Assembly (NCBI GenBank): GCA_964483665.1
Contig: CAZACP010000003.1
Span: 29,692-93,691 of the forward strand
Origin: an uncultured Candidatus Saccharibacteria bacterium
GTDB taxonomy: Bacteria; Patescibacteriota; Doudnabacteria; UBA920
Direction of reading: 5' to 3'
DNA: 64,000 nucleotides
The notes under the pieces are model-generated. The model was not told where the DNA came from, did no database searches, and saw only the letters and a list, made by a program, of their open reading frames with translations. The translations under genes and the position numbers were made by a program. Every line of letters starts with the position of its first letter. Within the stretch, counting starts at the first letter, position 1. Below are positions 63,701 through 64,000 of this stretch, in pieces.

Positions 63701-63917
63701 GTATAAAAAATAGCAGCACCCTCCCCTAACCCCTCCCCTCAAGGGAGGGGAACAATCTGTTAAACTTTATACTTCCCCACCCTCGTTCTCTTTAAACTAA
63801 ACACCACTCCACCTGTTTTTAATTTCTTACCAAGGTCGTGGGCTATGCTGCGGATGTAGGTACCCGAACCTACAGAAATTTTAAATTTTATAATTTTAAA
63901 TTTTAAATTACTGTTTT

Positions 63918-63990
63918 TGTCATTCCCGCGAAAGCGGGAATCCAGCTTTTTATTTATTCTGGATCCCGGCTCGGAGGCCGGGATGACACG
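63918..63990. repeat. GC-rich palindromic element, long form, family copy 4
   Basis: tgtcattcccgcgaaagcgggaatccag ... ggatcccggctcggaggccgggatgacacg. Confidence 0.7.
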
Positions 63991-64000
63991 CGCTGATGGG

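Overview
By eye this 64-kb window looks like a Candidate Phyla Radiation / Patescibacteria-type bacterial genome: AT-rich (roughly 35-40% GC), short genes, many DUF proteins and minor-pilin genes. It is punctuated by several conspicuously GC-rich (>50%) islands. The backbone encodes the following, in order. At 1-5.3 kb there is a partial ATP-grasp enzyme and a minus-strand operon of three type IV minor pilins (one PilX-like, two with the GFTLIE/GFTLLE prepilin motif). At 5.4-12.6 kb there are an MFS transporter, a Memo-like protein, cutA, yjbQ, acyP and a bcp peroxiredoxin. From 13.9 kb onward the recognisable genes include a GGCT-like gene, an FAD-linked oxidase, a 1556-aa Cys-rich surface protein with an FN3-like domain, mscL, a PaaX-like regulator, a HAD hydrolase, a YceI-like protein, a DUF1801/DUF3800/DUF2200/VOC cluster, an ABC transporter pair, pyrD, the agmatine-to-putrescine genes aguA-aguB, a RelE/ParE toxin-antitoxin pair, a deoxyhypusine-synthase-like gene and a TrmB-like regulator. 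Six features stand out. (1) A tRNA, best read as tRNA-Asn(GUU), is split by a 553-nt group I intron that carries an HNH endonuclease ORF; the P, Q, R and S core elements are readable in order. (2) A 6-kb GC-rich island at 57.5-63.7 kb holds seven same-strand ORFs with no recognisable domains. Its cassettes consist of a structure-conserved hairpin, a conserved ~45-nt AT-rich element and an identical AAGGAGGGGTTATGA ribosome-binding-site/start module, and two copies of a perfect 227-bp direct repeat lie within it. A ~340-nt ORF-free transcript unit, bounded by a perfect sigma70 consensus promoter and an intrinsic terminator, sits immediately before it. (3) Short tandem repeats sit inside or across gene 5' ends (a 7-mer x5 in a pilin leader, a 10-mer x3 across the PilX-like start, a 7-mer x4 in the ATP-grasp gene), suggesting slipped-strand phase variation. 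(4) Other GC-rich insertions encode secreted proteins; one is an S8 protease inserted between tandem paralogs and one lies next to the tRNA, flanked by 83-bp direct repeats. (5) There is a MITE-like GC-rich palindromic repeat family (4 copies) and a pair of perfect 43-bp palindromes flanking the PaaX-like gene. (6) A ~70-bp repeat encoding a conserved peptide tail flanks yjbQ. No CRISPR array, rRNA or integrase was found.
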